A stretch of DNA of 64,000 nt from Eledone cirrhosa (taxonomy: Eukaryota): positions 13,020,001 through 13,084,000 of the forward strand of contig OZ024764.1 in assembly GCA_964016885.1 (NCBI GenBank), given 5' to 3'. The position numbers and the translations under genes are program-made. Under the pieces are notes generated by a model, which was given only the letters and a program-made list of their open reading frames with translations, did not search any database and was not told the DNA's origin. Shown here piece by piece: positions 29,232 to 41,299 of the stretch (positions are counted from its first letter, which is position 1; each line of letters begins with the position of its first letter).

Positions 29232-30605
29232 TGATGGTTATGCCAATGATGGTGATGGTTATGACAATGATGGTGACAATGATGATGATTAAGAAACCAA
29301 TTATGATGACAATGATGGTGATGATGATGATGGTGATGGTGATGACAAAGACGATGATGATGACAATCATGGTGATGACAATGATGATGATGGTTATGCC
29401 AATGATGGTGATGGTTATGATGGTTATACCAATGATGGTGATGGTTATACCAATGATGGTGATGGTTATACCAAGGATGGTGATGGTTATGATGATGACT
29501 AAGAAACCAATTATGATGACAATCATCGTTATGCCAATGATGGTGATGGTTATGCCAATGATGGTGATGGTTATGCCAATGATGGTGATGGTTATGCCAA
29601 TGATGGTGATGGTTATGCCAATGATGGTGATGGTTATGATGATGACTAAGAAACCAATTATGATGACAATGATGATGATGACAATCATCGTTATGCCAAT
29701 GATGGTGATGGTTATGCCAATGATGGTGATGGTTATATCAATGATGGTGACGGTTATGATGATGACTAAGAAACCAATTATGATGACAATGATGATGACA
29801 ATCATCGTTATGCCAATGATAGTGATGGTTATACCAATGATTGTGATGGTTATGATGATGACTAAGAAACCAATTATGATGACAATGATGATGATGACAA
29901 TCATCGTTATGCCAATGATGGTGATGGTTATGCCAATGATGGTGATGGTTATGCCAATGATGGTGATGGTTATGATGATGACTAAGAAACCAATTATGAT
30001 GACAATGATGATGATGACAATCATCGTTATGCCAATGATGGTGATGGTTATGCCAATGATGGTGATGGTTATACCAATGATGGTGACGGTTATGATGATG
30101 ACTAAGAAACCAATTATGATGACAATGATGATGACAATCATCGTTATGCCAATGATAGTGATGGTTATGCCAATGATTGTGATGGTTATGATGATGACTA
30201 AGAAACCAATTATGATGACAATGATGATGATGACAATCATCGTTATGCCAATGATGGTGATGGTTATGCCAATGATGGTGATGGTTATGATGATGACTAA
30301 GAAACCAATTATGATGACAATGATGATGACAATCATCGTTATGCCAATGATAGTGATGGTTATGCCAATGATTGTGATGGTTATGATGATGACTAAGAAA
30401 CCAATTATGATGACAATGATGATGACAATCATCGTTATGCCAATGATGGTGATGGTTATGCCAATGATGGTGATGGTTATGATGATGACTAAGAAACCAA
30501 TTATGATGACAATGATGATGACAATCATCGTTATGCCAATGATGGTGATGGTTATGCCAATGATGGTGATGGTTATGATGATGACTAAGAAACCAATTAT
30601 GATGT
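29232..30605. repeat. (ATG)-derived hierarchical minisatellite (21-bp sub-units within ~96-120-bp units)
   Basis: Markers aagaaaccaatt and gttatgccaatg recur. Confidence 0.9.
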
Positions 30606-30794
30606 GATCTCCAATTCTGAAGAAATCAAAGGGAAATAATTTGATTCCGATTTAGAATTTCTACAAAATTTAAAGTAAAAAAAAAAATGAAAAAAACAAG
30701 AGAAAAATAAACTAAAAATAATAAAATATTATAGAAAAATTAAATAAAAACAATTTGTTATTGAATTCTTACAAAGACATTTCTAGTGGGGGTG

Positions 30795-31335
30795 TAGTGG
30801 TGGTGGTGGTGTGGCAGTGGTAGTAGTGATGGTTGTAGTGGTGGTGGTGGTGGTGGTAGTGGTGGTGGTGGTGGTGATTGTGGTGGTAGTGGTGGTGGTA
30901 GTGATGGTCGTAGTGGTTGTTGTAGTGGTGGTAGTGGTAGTGGTTGTTGTAGTGGTGGTGATTGTGGTGGTGGTGGTGGTGTGGTGGTGGTAGTAGTGAT
31001 GGTTGTAGTGGTGGTGGTAGTGGTGGTGGTGGTGATTGTGGTAGTGGTGGTGGTAGTGATGGTTGTAGTGGTGGTGGTGGTAGTGGTAGTGGTGGTGGTG
31101 GTGGTGATTGTGGTAGTGGTGGTGGTAGTAGTGATCGTTGTAGCGGTGTTGGTGGTAGTGGTGGTCATTGTTGTAGTGGTGGTGGTGGTGGTAGTGGTGG
31201 TGGTAGTGATGGTCGTAGTGGTTGTTGTAGTGGTGGTGGTGGTGATTGTAGTGGTGGTGGTGGTGATTGTAGTGGTGGTGGTAGTGGTGGTGGTGGTGGT
31301 AGTGGCGGTGGTAGTGGTGGTGGTGGTGGTGGTGT
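30795..31335. repeat. (GGT/AGT)n tract
   Basis: Direct reading. Confidence 0.92.
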
Positions 31336-32022
31336 GGCCTTAGTTATGGTCTGAGTTCAAATCCCTCTGAGATTAACTTATCCTTTCAGGGTTAATAAAA
31401 TAAAGTACCAGTAATACACCAACACAAGAACAAATTACATGGGGCTAAGACAGGGCTTGTATTCACGATTATAATTTTTCAGTCATTATTTTGCACCATA
31501 GAGTTATGCCCCTTTACAGTTTGAGTTCAAATCCCGCTGAGGTTAACTTTGCCTTTCATCCTTACGGGATCGATAAAATAAAGTACCAGTAATACACTGG
31601 GGTAATAACTGGCCTTGTGCCAAAAGTAGAAACAATTATTATTATTAAGGGCAGTATCGTTAGAGGGTCAGACGCCACGCTTTGCAGCATAGAGTTACGT
31701 CCCTTTACGGTCTGAGTTCAAATCCCGCCGAGGTTAACTTTGCCTTTCATCCATACGGGATCGATAAAATAAAGTACCAGTAATACACTGGGGTAATAAC
31801 TGGCCTTGTGCCAAAAGTAGAAACAATTATTATTATTAAGGGCAGTATCGTTAGAGGGTCAGACGCCACGCTTTGCAGCATAGAGTTACGTCCCTTTACG
31901 GTCTGAGTTCAAATCCCGCCGAGGTTAACTTTGCCTTTCATCATTACAGGGTCAATAAAATAAAGTACCAGTAATATACTGAGGTAATTGCTGGCCTTGT
32001 GCCTAAAGTAGAAACAATTATT
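31335..32022 (+). mobile_element. Four head-to-tail SINE family B copies (last two at 192-bp period)
   Basis: gagttcaaatccc...aaaataaagtaccagtaat occurs four times; ggcagtatcg at ~31649 and 31841. Confidence 0.88.
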
Positions 32023-32340
32023 TAAGATTCATGACTGGAGAAGTATCAGCTTGACCTGAAGTGACCCTCTGATCTCTGAGCTACACACTCTAGTGAGTAA
32101 CCTTACTCCAAAGACCCTTCAGAGGACCCTATCTCAGCTGTTTGTATTCACGATTGTATTTTTTTCAGTCATTGCCCAAGATTTATCACTAGAGAAGTAC
32201 AAGATCTACCTGGAGTGACTCTCTGATCCGGTTAGATCCCCAAGTGTGACCAGCCAAGCTCATGGGTGTTATCCAACAATTTTGCTCGGGATCTACCCCT
32301 AGCGGGTCCTACTTGTTTGTTTTGCCTGTAAAATCTGTCC

Positions 32341-33125
32341 AGAGATTCTTTCCTGAGGCATTCTAACCACATGTCCATAGTATCAGAGCTGTGATCTCTC
32401 AATTCAGAGATTCTTTCCTGAGACATTCTAACCACATGTCTGTAGTATCAGAGCTGTGATCTCTCAATTCAGAGATTCTTTCCTGAGACATTCTAACCAC
32501 ATGTCTGTAGTATCAGAGCTGTGATCTCTCAATTCAGAGATTCTTTCCTGAGACATTCTAACCACATGTCTGTAGTATCAGAGCTGTGATCTCTTAATTC
32601 AGAGATTCTTTCCTGAGACATTCTAACCACATGTCTGTAGTATCAGAGCTGTGATCTCTCAATTCAGAGATTCTTTCCTGAGACATTCTAACCACATGTC
32701 TGTAGTATCAGAGCTGTGATCTCTCAATTCAGAGATTCTTTCCTGAGACATTCTAACCACATGTCTGTAGTATCAGAGCTGTGATCTCTCAATTCAGAGA
32801 TTCTTTCCTGAGACATTCTAACCACATGTCTATAGTATCAGAGCTGTGATCTCTCAATTCAGAGATTCTTTCCTGAGACATTCTAACCACATGTCTGTAG
32901 TATCAGAGCTGTGATCTCTCAATTCAGAGATTCTTTCCTGAGACATTCTAACCACATGTCTGTAGTATCAGAGCTGTGATCTCTCAATTCAGAGATTCTT
33001 TCCTGAGACATTCTAACCACATGTCTGTAGTATCAGAGCTGTGATCTCTCAATCCAGAGATTCTTTCCTGAGACATTCTAACCACATGTCTGTAGTATCA
33101 GAGCTGTGATCTCTCAATTCAGAGA
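32341..33125. repeat. 65-bp tandem repeat, 12 copies, inside an unclassified element (32030-33225)
   Basis: agagattctttcctgagacattctaaccacatg recurs every 65 bp; diverged direct repeats at 32038-32140 and 33121-33225. Confidence 0.93.
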
Positions 33126-33594
33126 AGTAACGGCTCTACCCGGAGTAACTCTCTGATCTCCGAGCTACACACTCTACTGAGTAACGTTACTCCAAAGACC
33201 CTTCGGAGGAACTCCATTTCGACAGCTTCTATTTGCTATCATATTATTCTGTAGGCTAGGCCAACAAAATAAAATACCAGCTAAATACTGTGGCTGACAC
33301 AACTAATTTCCAGTAACCCCCACCCCTCACAATTCATCACCAAAATCTGCTGATCTTGTGCAAAAATAAGATACCTTATTGCTATAATTGTTGTTGCCAA
33401 GATGAAAATTTAATGTGATGGTATGGTTGGTGAGAGGACGGAAGGGAGGGGGGGGTACAATTTTTCATAACGAAGGTTTCGTTAGAAAAATTTTTAAAGA
33501 TAATTAAAAGTCAAAAATAAAAACAATCAAAATTACTTTAAATAATTCTTCTTTTAATTTTGATCAAAGAAATTTTTTAAGAAGAAAATGGACA

Positions 33595-33785
33595 AGAAGA
33601 AGAAGAAGGAAAAGAAAAAGAAAAAGAAAAAGAAAAAGAAAAAAAAAGAAGAAGGAGGAGAATGAGAAGAAGAAGGAGGATAAGAAGGAGAAAGTGAAGA
33701 AAAAGAAGAAAGTGAAGAAAAAGAAGAAGAAGAAGAAGAAGAAAATGAAGAAGAAGAAGAAGGAGGAGGAGAGGAGGGGTGGGGA
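33595..33785. repeat. (GAA/GGA) purine tract
   Basis: Direct reading. Confidence 0.9.
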
Positions 33786-33879
33786 GAAGCCATGAAACTT
33801 TGTTAAATGAAAAAAAATTAAAATATTTAATTATGTTACTTGTTGAACGAACACAAAGAAAATATAGTCATCAGCGTGT

Positions 33880-34250
33880 CGGTATGTGTGTGTATGTGTG
33901 TATGTGTGTGTGTGTGTATGTATGTGTATGTGTGTCAGTATGTGTGTGTGCATGTGTATGTTGGTATGTGTGTGTGTGTGTGTATGTGTGTGTGTGTATG
34001 TGTGTATGTCGGTTTATGTGTGTGTATGTGTGTGTGTCGGGGTGTGTGTATGTATGTGTTTGTGTGTCGGGGTGTGTGTATGTATGTGTGTGTATGTCGG
34101 TATGTGTGTGTGTGTATGTGTACGAGTGTGTGTGTGTATGTATGTGTATGTGTGTGTGTCAGTGTGTATGTATATGTATGCGTGTGTGTGTGAGTCTGTA
34201 TGTCAGTATGTGTGTGTGTGTGAGTCTGTATGTCAGTATGTGTGTGTGTG
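33880..34250. repeat. (TG)n tract
   Basis: Direct reading. Confidence 0.92.
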
Positions 34251-34319
34251 GATTATTATTTTTTTTCAGTGATTCTTTTAAGTGGTGATTTCGTGGTGTT
34301 CATCATCACCACCATATTT

Positions 34320-34560
34320 TACATGGGAGGAAGGGAGACGTCCATAAACTAGACCCTCTGATAAGCTTTTGATTCTGCGCATCAAGTGCTCACTTTGGTG
34401 AACCTACAGTAACTTCATGTTACAGAGATGTCAACGTGAATGGACCTGTTATTTTTATCTAAAGACATTTTTTCCAACTCCCTCCCACCCGTCCCTTCAA
34501 TCTATCTTATTCCTCATTCTTTCTTTTGATGAAGGACTAGCGTCCAAAATGTTAAGACCC
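34320..34560 (+). mobile_element. Possible decayed Penelope-like 3' end
   Basis: Frameshifted RCQRE..IFYLKT-like GIY-YIG tail and decayed hammerhead tgatgaaggactagcgtccaaaatgtta; weak. Confidence 0.3.
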
Positions 34561-34667
34561 TTTTCCGGCTATATCAAGCATTAACCTAATATATCCCTTC
34601 CATATACTGTACCAATTGTGTTATTATTTCTGTTTACCTTTTACACACATCATTTCATTTTTTTCAT

Positions 34668-34993
34668 TTCAATTTACGTCCACTTTTCCCTGCTTGCAAG
34701 GGTGGGACAGGAACTGATTCTGGCTTGATTTCTACAGCTGGATGCCCTTCCTAACGCCAACCTCATTTACAGTGAGTGCTGGGTGCTTTTTTGCCGTGGC
34801 ACCTCCACGACCACTTTGCAGTGGAATGATAGAGACCCCAGTCCCTATCATCTCATTTCTACAGCTGAGTAAACTGGAGCAATGTGAAATAAAGTGTCTT
34901 GCTCAAGGAAACAACACATCACCCGGCTGAGAATTGAACTCACAACCTTTCGATTGCAAGGCCAATGCTCTAACCACTAAGCCATGTGCATCC
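34668..34993 (-). mobile_element. Full-length SINE family A
   Basis: Near reverse complement of 49441-49778. Confidence 0.92.
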
Positions 34994-35316
34994 ATGTGTT
35001 ATTTATTTTTGTGTTTATTTACTTGCCACTAGTTGGTTGCTCGCTCTACCCGTGCGCGTCTGATTAGTTTTGTTAGTATATATATATATATAAATGTATT
35101 ATAACTGAACAAAAAAGAAAAACGAACACAGACATATGTTATAATTGGAACACATATATGTATATGTCTGTGTTCATTTTTCTTTTGTCCCACCCTTGCA
35201 AGCAGGAAAAAGCGGACGTAAAATGATGATGATGATGATGATGATGATGATATATATATGACTACCATGACTGAACCTTAACCATCTACTATGTCAGGGT
35301 ATGTCATGCATCATCT

Positions 35317-35383
35317 TATTTTATCTGATGAGGACGTACTGTTGAAGTTAGCTCAGTACTTCTGAAATATGCATAATAAAATA
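35317..35383 (+). ncRNA. Type I hammerhead ribozyme (PLE-type minimal)
   Basis: tattttat-CTGATGA-ggacgtactg...cagtacttct-GAAA-tatgca-TA-ataaaata; perfect 8-bp stem I. Confidence 0.78.
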
Positions 35384-35444
35384 TACTTGATCACAAGAAT
35401 ATCTATTTTGTTAATATTTTGAATTAATATATATATATATATAT

Positions 35445-35583
35445 ATAGGAACGAGTAGGACCCCGACGGCTGAGCTCAGCCGTCAGGGTCCTACTCGTTC
35501 CTATTACCCACTCTACTACCCTAAGTATTGAGTACTTTGGTGCGTTATGGGCCACCTGGTTCCTTACCAAATTTCCTTCGTTA
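35445..35583. mobile_element. Fold-back family C element in (TA)n
   Basis: 60-bp palindrome 35445-35504 (1 mismatch) plus tail; relatives at 50107-50440, 49800-49830 and 26672-26755. Confidence 0.75.
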
Positions 35584-36133
35584 TATATATATATATATAT
35601 ATATAGTTAAAAGAATAGAGGTGTAACACACAAGTTATTATATATTGGTAAACGGAATAGAAAATGCTGACAAATTGTTCACAGTTGAAAAATGGTTTAA
35701 TTAGGAATAAAAGAGTATTAGTGATTGTATGGGTTAGTATTCAGTTGTGGTTTTAAGTTTTTAAGTTTTTACCGGTTGCGCATTTCTAAATGCTTTTCAA
35801 AAATAATTTTGAGATAGAGTGTCCGTGCTGTTTGCTCTGATCTGATTAGTTTTGGGAATTCTACCTGTTTTTATGTTAAAAAAGTGGCTCCAGCGTTACT
35901 TTGGTGTTGCAAAAATGCTTGTGGTCAAAACAATTTTGATTGGTCGGTAGAGGTCATGTGAATATAAAAAGTTGATTTTGCGCCAAGACTGTTTTTATGT
36001 TAAAAAAGTGGCTCCAGCAAAAATTCTTGGTCAAAACAATTTTGATTGGTCGGTAGAGGTCATGTGGATAAAAAATTGGTTTTGCGCCAAGATTGAGAAA
36101 TGACTCTTTCACAACAAATATGTGTGTGTGTGT

Positions 36134-36211
<78 letters not shown>

Positions 36212-36225
36212 AGTAGTAGTAGTAA

Positions 36226-36566
36226 GGTGTTCGATGCTGCGACATAGTCATCAATGTCCCCTCACCCAATGATCTCAAATTAAGACCTATAATATCAGGC
36301 CCCGCTTGCGAAACGCACCGTCTTAGCAACTTCATTGATACCCTTCTCAAACCCTTCCTCAAGCACATCAAAAGCTATATAAGGGACGACCTAGATATGC
36401 TCAATCACCTCCCTAATATGCCACTTTCTGAACAAACCCTACTAGTGACGTTCGATGTAGTCAACCTATACTCCAACATCCCCCACAACCTAGGAATAGA
36501 AGCTATCCAATTCTGGCTGGATAATTTCCACAATGAACTCCCACAACGCATCAAAAAAGAATTTGA
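36226..36566 (+). pseudogene. Penelope-like element reverse transcriptase fragment
   Basis: Open frame LRPIISGPACETHRLSNFIDTLLKPFLKHIKSYIRDDLDML...LVTFDVVNLYSNIPHNLGIEAI: PLE RT motifs. Confidence 0.88.
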
Positions 36567-36569
36567 TAG

Positions 36570-37630
36570 AGGGACAGAGGACAGAGACCAGTGGTCAACA
36601 GAGAGACAATCCACAAGGTGGGTGACAGGCAGATGATATATAATGCCCCAGAGGACAGAGACCAGAGACCAGAGACCAGTGGTCAACAGAGAGACAATCT
36701 ACAAGGTGGGTGACAGGTAGATGATATATAATGTCTCAGAGACCAGAGACCAGTGGTCAGTAGTCAACAGAGAGACAATACACAAGGTGGGTGACAGGCA
36801 GATGATATATAGAAAAGATTGAAAGAGGAGGAGTACAAGGAGAAGTGTGTTGGTACACAGAAGTGACTGGAAGAAGGAAATAAAGAAAGGTGATGTACCA
36901 GACATGTTTACACCCACATATCTTCAGCCTCATCAGCTCTGAAACCAACAATGTGGTGTATGTATGGTAGTGTATATATATAGAGGGCAGTATGTAGTGT
37001 GTATATAGATGAATGTATGTGGTGTGTATATATAGAGAGGACTGTATGTAGTGTGTATAAGATATATGAGAGTGTATATATATATTTATAGAGAGAGAGG
37101 ACTAGATGTGGTGTATGGTAGTGTATATATAGATGACTATATGTGGTGTGTATATATAGAGAGGACTGTATGTGGTGTGTTGAAGATGTCATGGAGTATA
37201 GTAGTGTATATATAGAGAGAGGACTGTATGTGATGTGTTGAAGATGTCATGGTGTATAGTAGTGTATATATAGAGAGGACTGTATGTGGTGTGTTGAAGG
37301 TGTCATGGTGTATAGTAGTGTATATATATAGAGAGGACTGTATGTGGTGTGTTGAAGGTGTCATGGTGTATAGTAGTGTATATATATAGAGAGGACTGTA
37401 TGTGGTGTGTTGAAGATGTCATGGTGTATAGTAGTGTATATATAGAGGACTGTATGTGGTGTGTTGAAGATGTCATGGTGTATAGTAGTGTATATATATA
37501 GAGAGAGGACTGTATGTGGTGTGTTGAAGATGTCATGGTGTATAGTAGTGTATATATAGAGAGAGAGGACTGTATATGATGTGTTGAAGGTGTCATGGTG
37601 TATAGTAGTGTATATATAGAGAGGACTGTA
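36570..37630. repeat. Three ~90-bp repeats (36570-36810) and a ~59-bp minisatellite (36950-37630)
   Basis: caaggtgggtgacagg occurs three times; gtgttgaagrtgtcatggtgtatagtagtg recurs. Confidence 0.88.
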
Positions 37631-38309
37631 TATATATTATGTGGGCATGTGTAGAATATTTAAATTCTATTTAGCTGTGAAACATCGTACAGTGATTGCA
37701 GTAGAAGACATCATGAAATGCGTGTATGGAAGAGGTGTGATAGCGTATGGTAATGAAAGATAGCGCCATAAACAGGCAAAGACATTTTATTGAGATTCTA
37801 CAAGAAATAATTCAATATTTTGTGTGTGTTGAATGGACAAGGTGAACCTAGAAGGAACGAGGTGTGAAAATGAGATGAGAAGAAAACCACAGGAGTGATA
37901 GTCAGGCAGTATTGAAAGAATGCAAGAGTGATGACTGTATTGAGATAAACACATCACACCATTTGATAGAATCAAATAGAATGTTCCATTGCCTGTGTCA
38001 TCTGCAGTATTGCCGACATCATCCTCCATTTTACCATTATCGGTATTTCTATTGAGACTATTCAAAGGTTATCCTAGTTTTTGGTTTATAAGATGTACTT
38101 TTTGAAGAAAAAAAAGTTAGGAGAGTGGAAAAAAATAACTATATATAACTGCATATAATACACATATTTTTGCATGTAATTTACAAGAAATTTTGAACTA
38201 AAATGGAAAGTATGAAGGACGTGGAGGTCTTATACACAAGTAAACATTTTCAGAAAATTTCACAGAGCTAAAAAAAAATCATTTCAAATGGCAAGATTGA
38301 AAATCATAA

Positions 38310-38505
38310 TATAATTGTTTCTACTTTAGGCACAAGGCCAGCAATTACCCAGTGCATTACTGGTACTTTATTTTATCGACCCCGTAAGGATGAAAGGCAA
38401 AGTCAACCTCGGCGGGATTTGAACTCAGATCGTAAAGGGACGTAACTATGGTGGAAAGCATGGCGTCCGACCCTCTACCGATACTGCCAATCCACCGCCC
38501 TTAAA
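38310..38505 (-). mobile_element. SINE family B
   Basis: Reverse of the 43230-43420 type copy. Confidence 0.88.
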
Positions 38506-38619
38506 ATCATAATATAATAAAGGATGGACTGCAGGACTGTGTCCTAAATATATTTTTTTTATCCCATTACTAAAATAAGTTGGATTACCTTGAATAAATA
38601 ATGAATATATATATATATA

Positions 38620-39091
38620 CAAGGGTCGGCTGAAAAATTCAAAGGCTGACAATGAAGGAGTGAAATCTTTCATGATTTAATTAATTTAAATTCTTCTCAT
38701 TAATAACTACATTGTTTCTTTCCAGGGACTATGTTGAAAAATAAACCTCATTTCGTCATTCCATGAGAGTATCTTGGTCAGCCTATGAAGGAGTGATGCT
38801 AGAACTGTGAAATCTTATGTCATTAATTTCAACTTTTCTTATAAATAACTGCATTGTTTCTTTCCGGGGACTATGTTGAAAAATAAACCTCATTTCGTCA
38901 TTCCATGAGAGTATCTTGGTCAGCCTATGAAGGAGTGATGCTAGAACTGTGAAATCTTATGTCATTAATTTCAACTTTTCTTATAAATAACTGCATTGTT
39001 TCTTTCCGGGGACTATGTTGAAAAATAAACCTCATTTCGTCATTCCATGAGAGTATCTTGGTCAGCCTATGAACTTTTCAGCCAGCCCTCG
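38620..39091. mobile_element. Tc1/mariner-type MITE with internal ~139-bp triplication
   Basis: TA|CAAGGGTCGGCTGAAAAATTCAAAGGCTGAC ... GTCAGCCTATGAACTTTTCAGCCAGCCCTCG|TA: imperfect ~31-bp TIRs with TA flanks. Confidence 0.85.
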
Positions 39092-39402
39092 TATATAGAC
39101 TATCGCACACACGCACACACACACACAGACACACACACACAGACACACACACACACACACACACCTATCAAACATCAAAATCTAAAATACAAGATAAAAA
39201 CAAAAATATCATAACATTTTAAAATATCATAAAATTTTAAAAAGTAACAAAAAAAACATGAATACAAACAAGAAAAATAACCGAAAATAATAAAAAAAAT
39301 TTAAATCAAGACTTTAAAAAAAAAATTTAATTTAATTTAATCTGAAAAAAAAAAGTTTTTTTTTTATTTCTGTCAATTGAAATAATTCTAATCTTACTTT
39401 AC

Positions 39403-39537
39403 CTGTCAACTGTTGACTTCGCCCACTGTCTTCTTTTTATCTCGTTAACCTGTTGTCACTTCTATCTCTTCTATCTCTCTCTCTCTCTCTGTAATAGCCA
39501 GGTAACATCTTCTTACCTGGAAAAAAAAAATAAAAGG
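39403..39537 (-). other. Candidate recursive splice site with 114-nt cryptic RS-exon
   Basis: Minus strand CCTTTTATTTTTTTTTTCCAG|GTAAGA (junction 39517/39516); downstream donor CAG|GTAAAG at 39403/39402. Confidence 0.55.
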
Positions 39538-39885
39538 TATCTTTATATTAAAAGAAATGCTTTGATTATTATTTTTAAAAATTTTATTTTGGTTTTTTTT
39601 TTCTTTCTAGTCTTTATTCTTTGACGAAATATGTCAGGCAAAAGACTACTTATCAAACGTGGGTCACAGCAGGAATTCTGGTGGGGTAGGGTGCAGTAGG
39701 GTGGGGTAACATCATGCGTCATACATAGGTCGTACATCAGAAATAGCCTCCTATCTTTTTTCTGTCAAATTTACAGTAACCGCTGTAATCATCGGTAATC
39801 TTAATTAAGCTTTAATTAAAATTAGCAGACATTGCACATGCTAGGTGCAGCAGGGTAGTGGGAGATGGTAGAGACATGATAAAAA

Positions 39886-40665
39886 CATGGCGGTGTAGTT
39901 AAGGGGTAGTCACATAGTTTGGTAGTCACATAGTTTCAGGTTCAGTCCCACAGTGAGGTAGAACCTTCTCTGACGGTCTTCTGCTGTAGTCTCAGGGTGA
40001 ACAATACCTTCTGGGTGAAATTTGGTAGATGGGAACTCCAGAAGATAGTTGTGTGTGTCGAAACAAACGAGATCGTGTAGGTGTCACGACAAAAAAAACA
40101 CACAGTCCACGCTGTAATGTGACCGTGTAGGCAACACGGTAAAAACCTCCCAGTCCCACACTGTAAATGTGGTTGGTGTTAGGAAGGGCATCCAGCCGTA
40201 GAAAACCCGCCAGACAGTCCACGCTGTAATGTGACCATGTAGGCAACACGGTAAAAACCTCCCAGTCCCACACTGTAAATGTGGTTGGTGTTAGGAAGGG
40301 CATCCAGCTGTAGAAAACACGCCAGACAGTCCACGCTGTAATGTGGCCGTGTAGGCAACACGGTAAAAACCTCCCAGTCCCACACTGTAAATGTGGTTGG
40401 TGTTAGGAAGGGCATCCAGCTGTAGAAAACCCGCCAGACAGTCCACGCTGTAATGTGGCCGTGTAGGCAACATGGTAAAAACCTCCCAGCCCCACACTGT
40501 AAATGTGGTTGGTGTTAGGAAGGGCATCCAACTGTAGAAAACCTGCCAGACAGTCCTATGCGAGCAAGACAATCACTCTTGCCTCAAGTGGGACTACCCC
40601 CGTCCAAACCCATGCAAGCGTGGAACACGGACGTTAAACGTTGATGATGATGATGATGATGATGA
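39886..40665 (+). mobile_element. SINE with decayed tRNA-like head and four 112-bp repeats of the core domain
   Basis: gaagggcatcca recurs every 112 bp from ~40183; tail cccatgcaagcgtggaacacggacgttaaacg(tga)n. Confidence 0.85.
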
Positions 40666-40722
40666 TATATATATATATATACGATATTAAACAAATGGAA
40701 ACTATATTTATAAAACCATATT

Positions 40723-40788
40723 TATTTCATTATACATATTTCGGGGATACCATATTAAAAATATGGCATGCCTTCTTCAGATAAAATA
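40723..40788 (-). ncRNA. Type I hammerhead ribozyme (left arm)
   Basis: Reverse-complement copy of 40914-40979. Confidence 0.72.
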
Positions 40789-40913
40789 CAATATATAAAC
40801 AGTTTTATAAATAATTTTGACGTACCATAAATATTGAGCAACCGTTATGTAGGAAGCCGGTTGCTCAATAATTATGGTACGTCAAAATTATTTATAAAAC
40901 TGTTTATATATTG

Positions 40914-40979
40914 TATTTTATCTGAAGAAGGCATGCTATATTTTTAATATGGTATCCCCGAAATATGTATAATGAAATA
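40914..40979 (+). ncRNA. Type I hammerhead ribozyme (right arm)
   Basis: tattttat-CTGAAGA-aggcatgctatatt-ttt-aatatggtatcccc-GAAA-tatgta-TA-atgaaata. Confidence 0.75.
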
Positions 40980-41299
40980 AATATGGTTTTATAAATATAG
41001 TTTCCATTTGTTTAATATCGTATATCTACTCCAAAACTTGTCGAGTGCTTTATATCAGTTATAAAATATTTACTTGTTGTAACCCAACAATTTAAAATAA
41101 AACTTTTGCATATATATATATATATAAAGTAATTCCGTCGGAAAAGTCCAGGAAAAAAGAGTGCTCTTTCATATAGATTGCATTTTTGTTTTTAAAATCC
41201 AAATTCAATAAACAGACCAGGATTTTTTTCATTCTGAGGATTGAAAGCAACATTTTTTGCTTTTAAGAAACCACTGGTAAATGGAATAATTGCCTTGTG

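Larger units (their letters stand above)
40679..41110 (+). mobile_element. Fold-back family A (Penelope-like terminal repeat) in (TA)n
   Basis: ~165-bp near-perfect inverted arms around a loop at ~40846-40857, plus unique tail 41024-41110. Confidence 0.85.

Noticed and set aside
27000-30607. 700-1015 aa repeat proteins
   Set aside because: Antisense reading of the 80-bp RTE array running into an (ATG) repeat.
30608-30660. Hammerhead or pre-miRNA at ctgaaga-aatcaaa...tttgatt
   Set aside because: No GAAA after the stem, and the hairpin is too short for a pre-miRNA.
37787-38065. 92-aa minus-strand ORF
   Set aside because: Non-ATG start, no recognisable motif, no clear splice sites.
39682-39706. 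G-quadruplex motif GGGG-TA-GGG-N7-GGG-T-GGGG
   Set aside because: Fits the pattern, but G-runs are common here and nothing indicates function.
41110-41298. Families A and B as one composite element, since they are adjacent at 22.4k and 41.1k
   Set aside because: Relative orientation differs between the loci; shared (TA)n targeting explains it.
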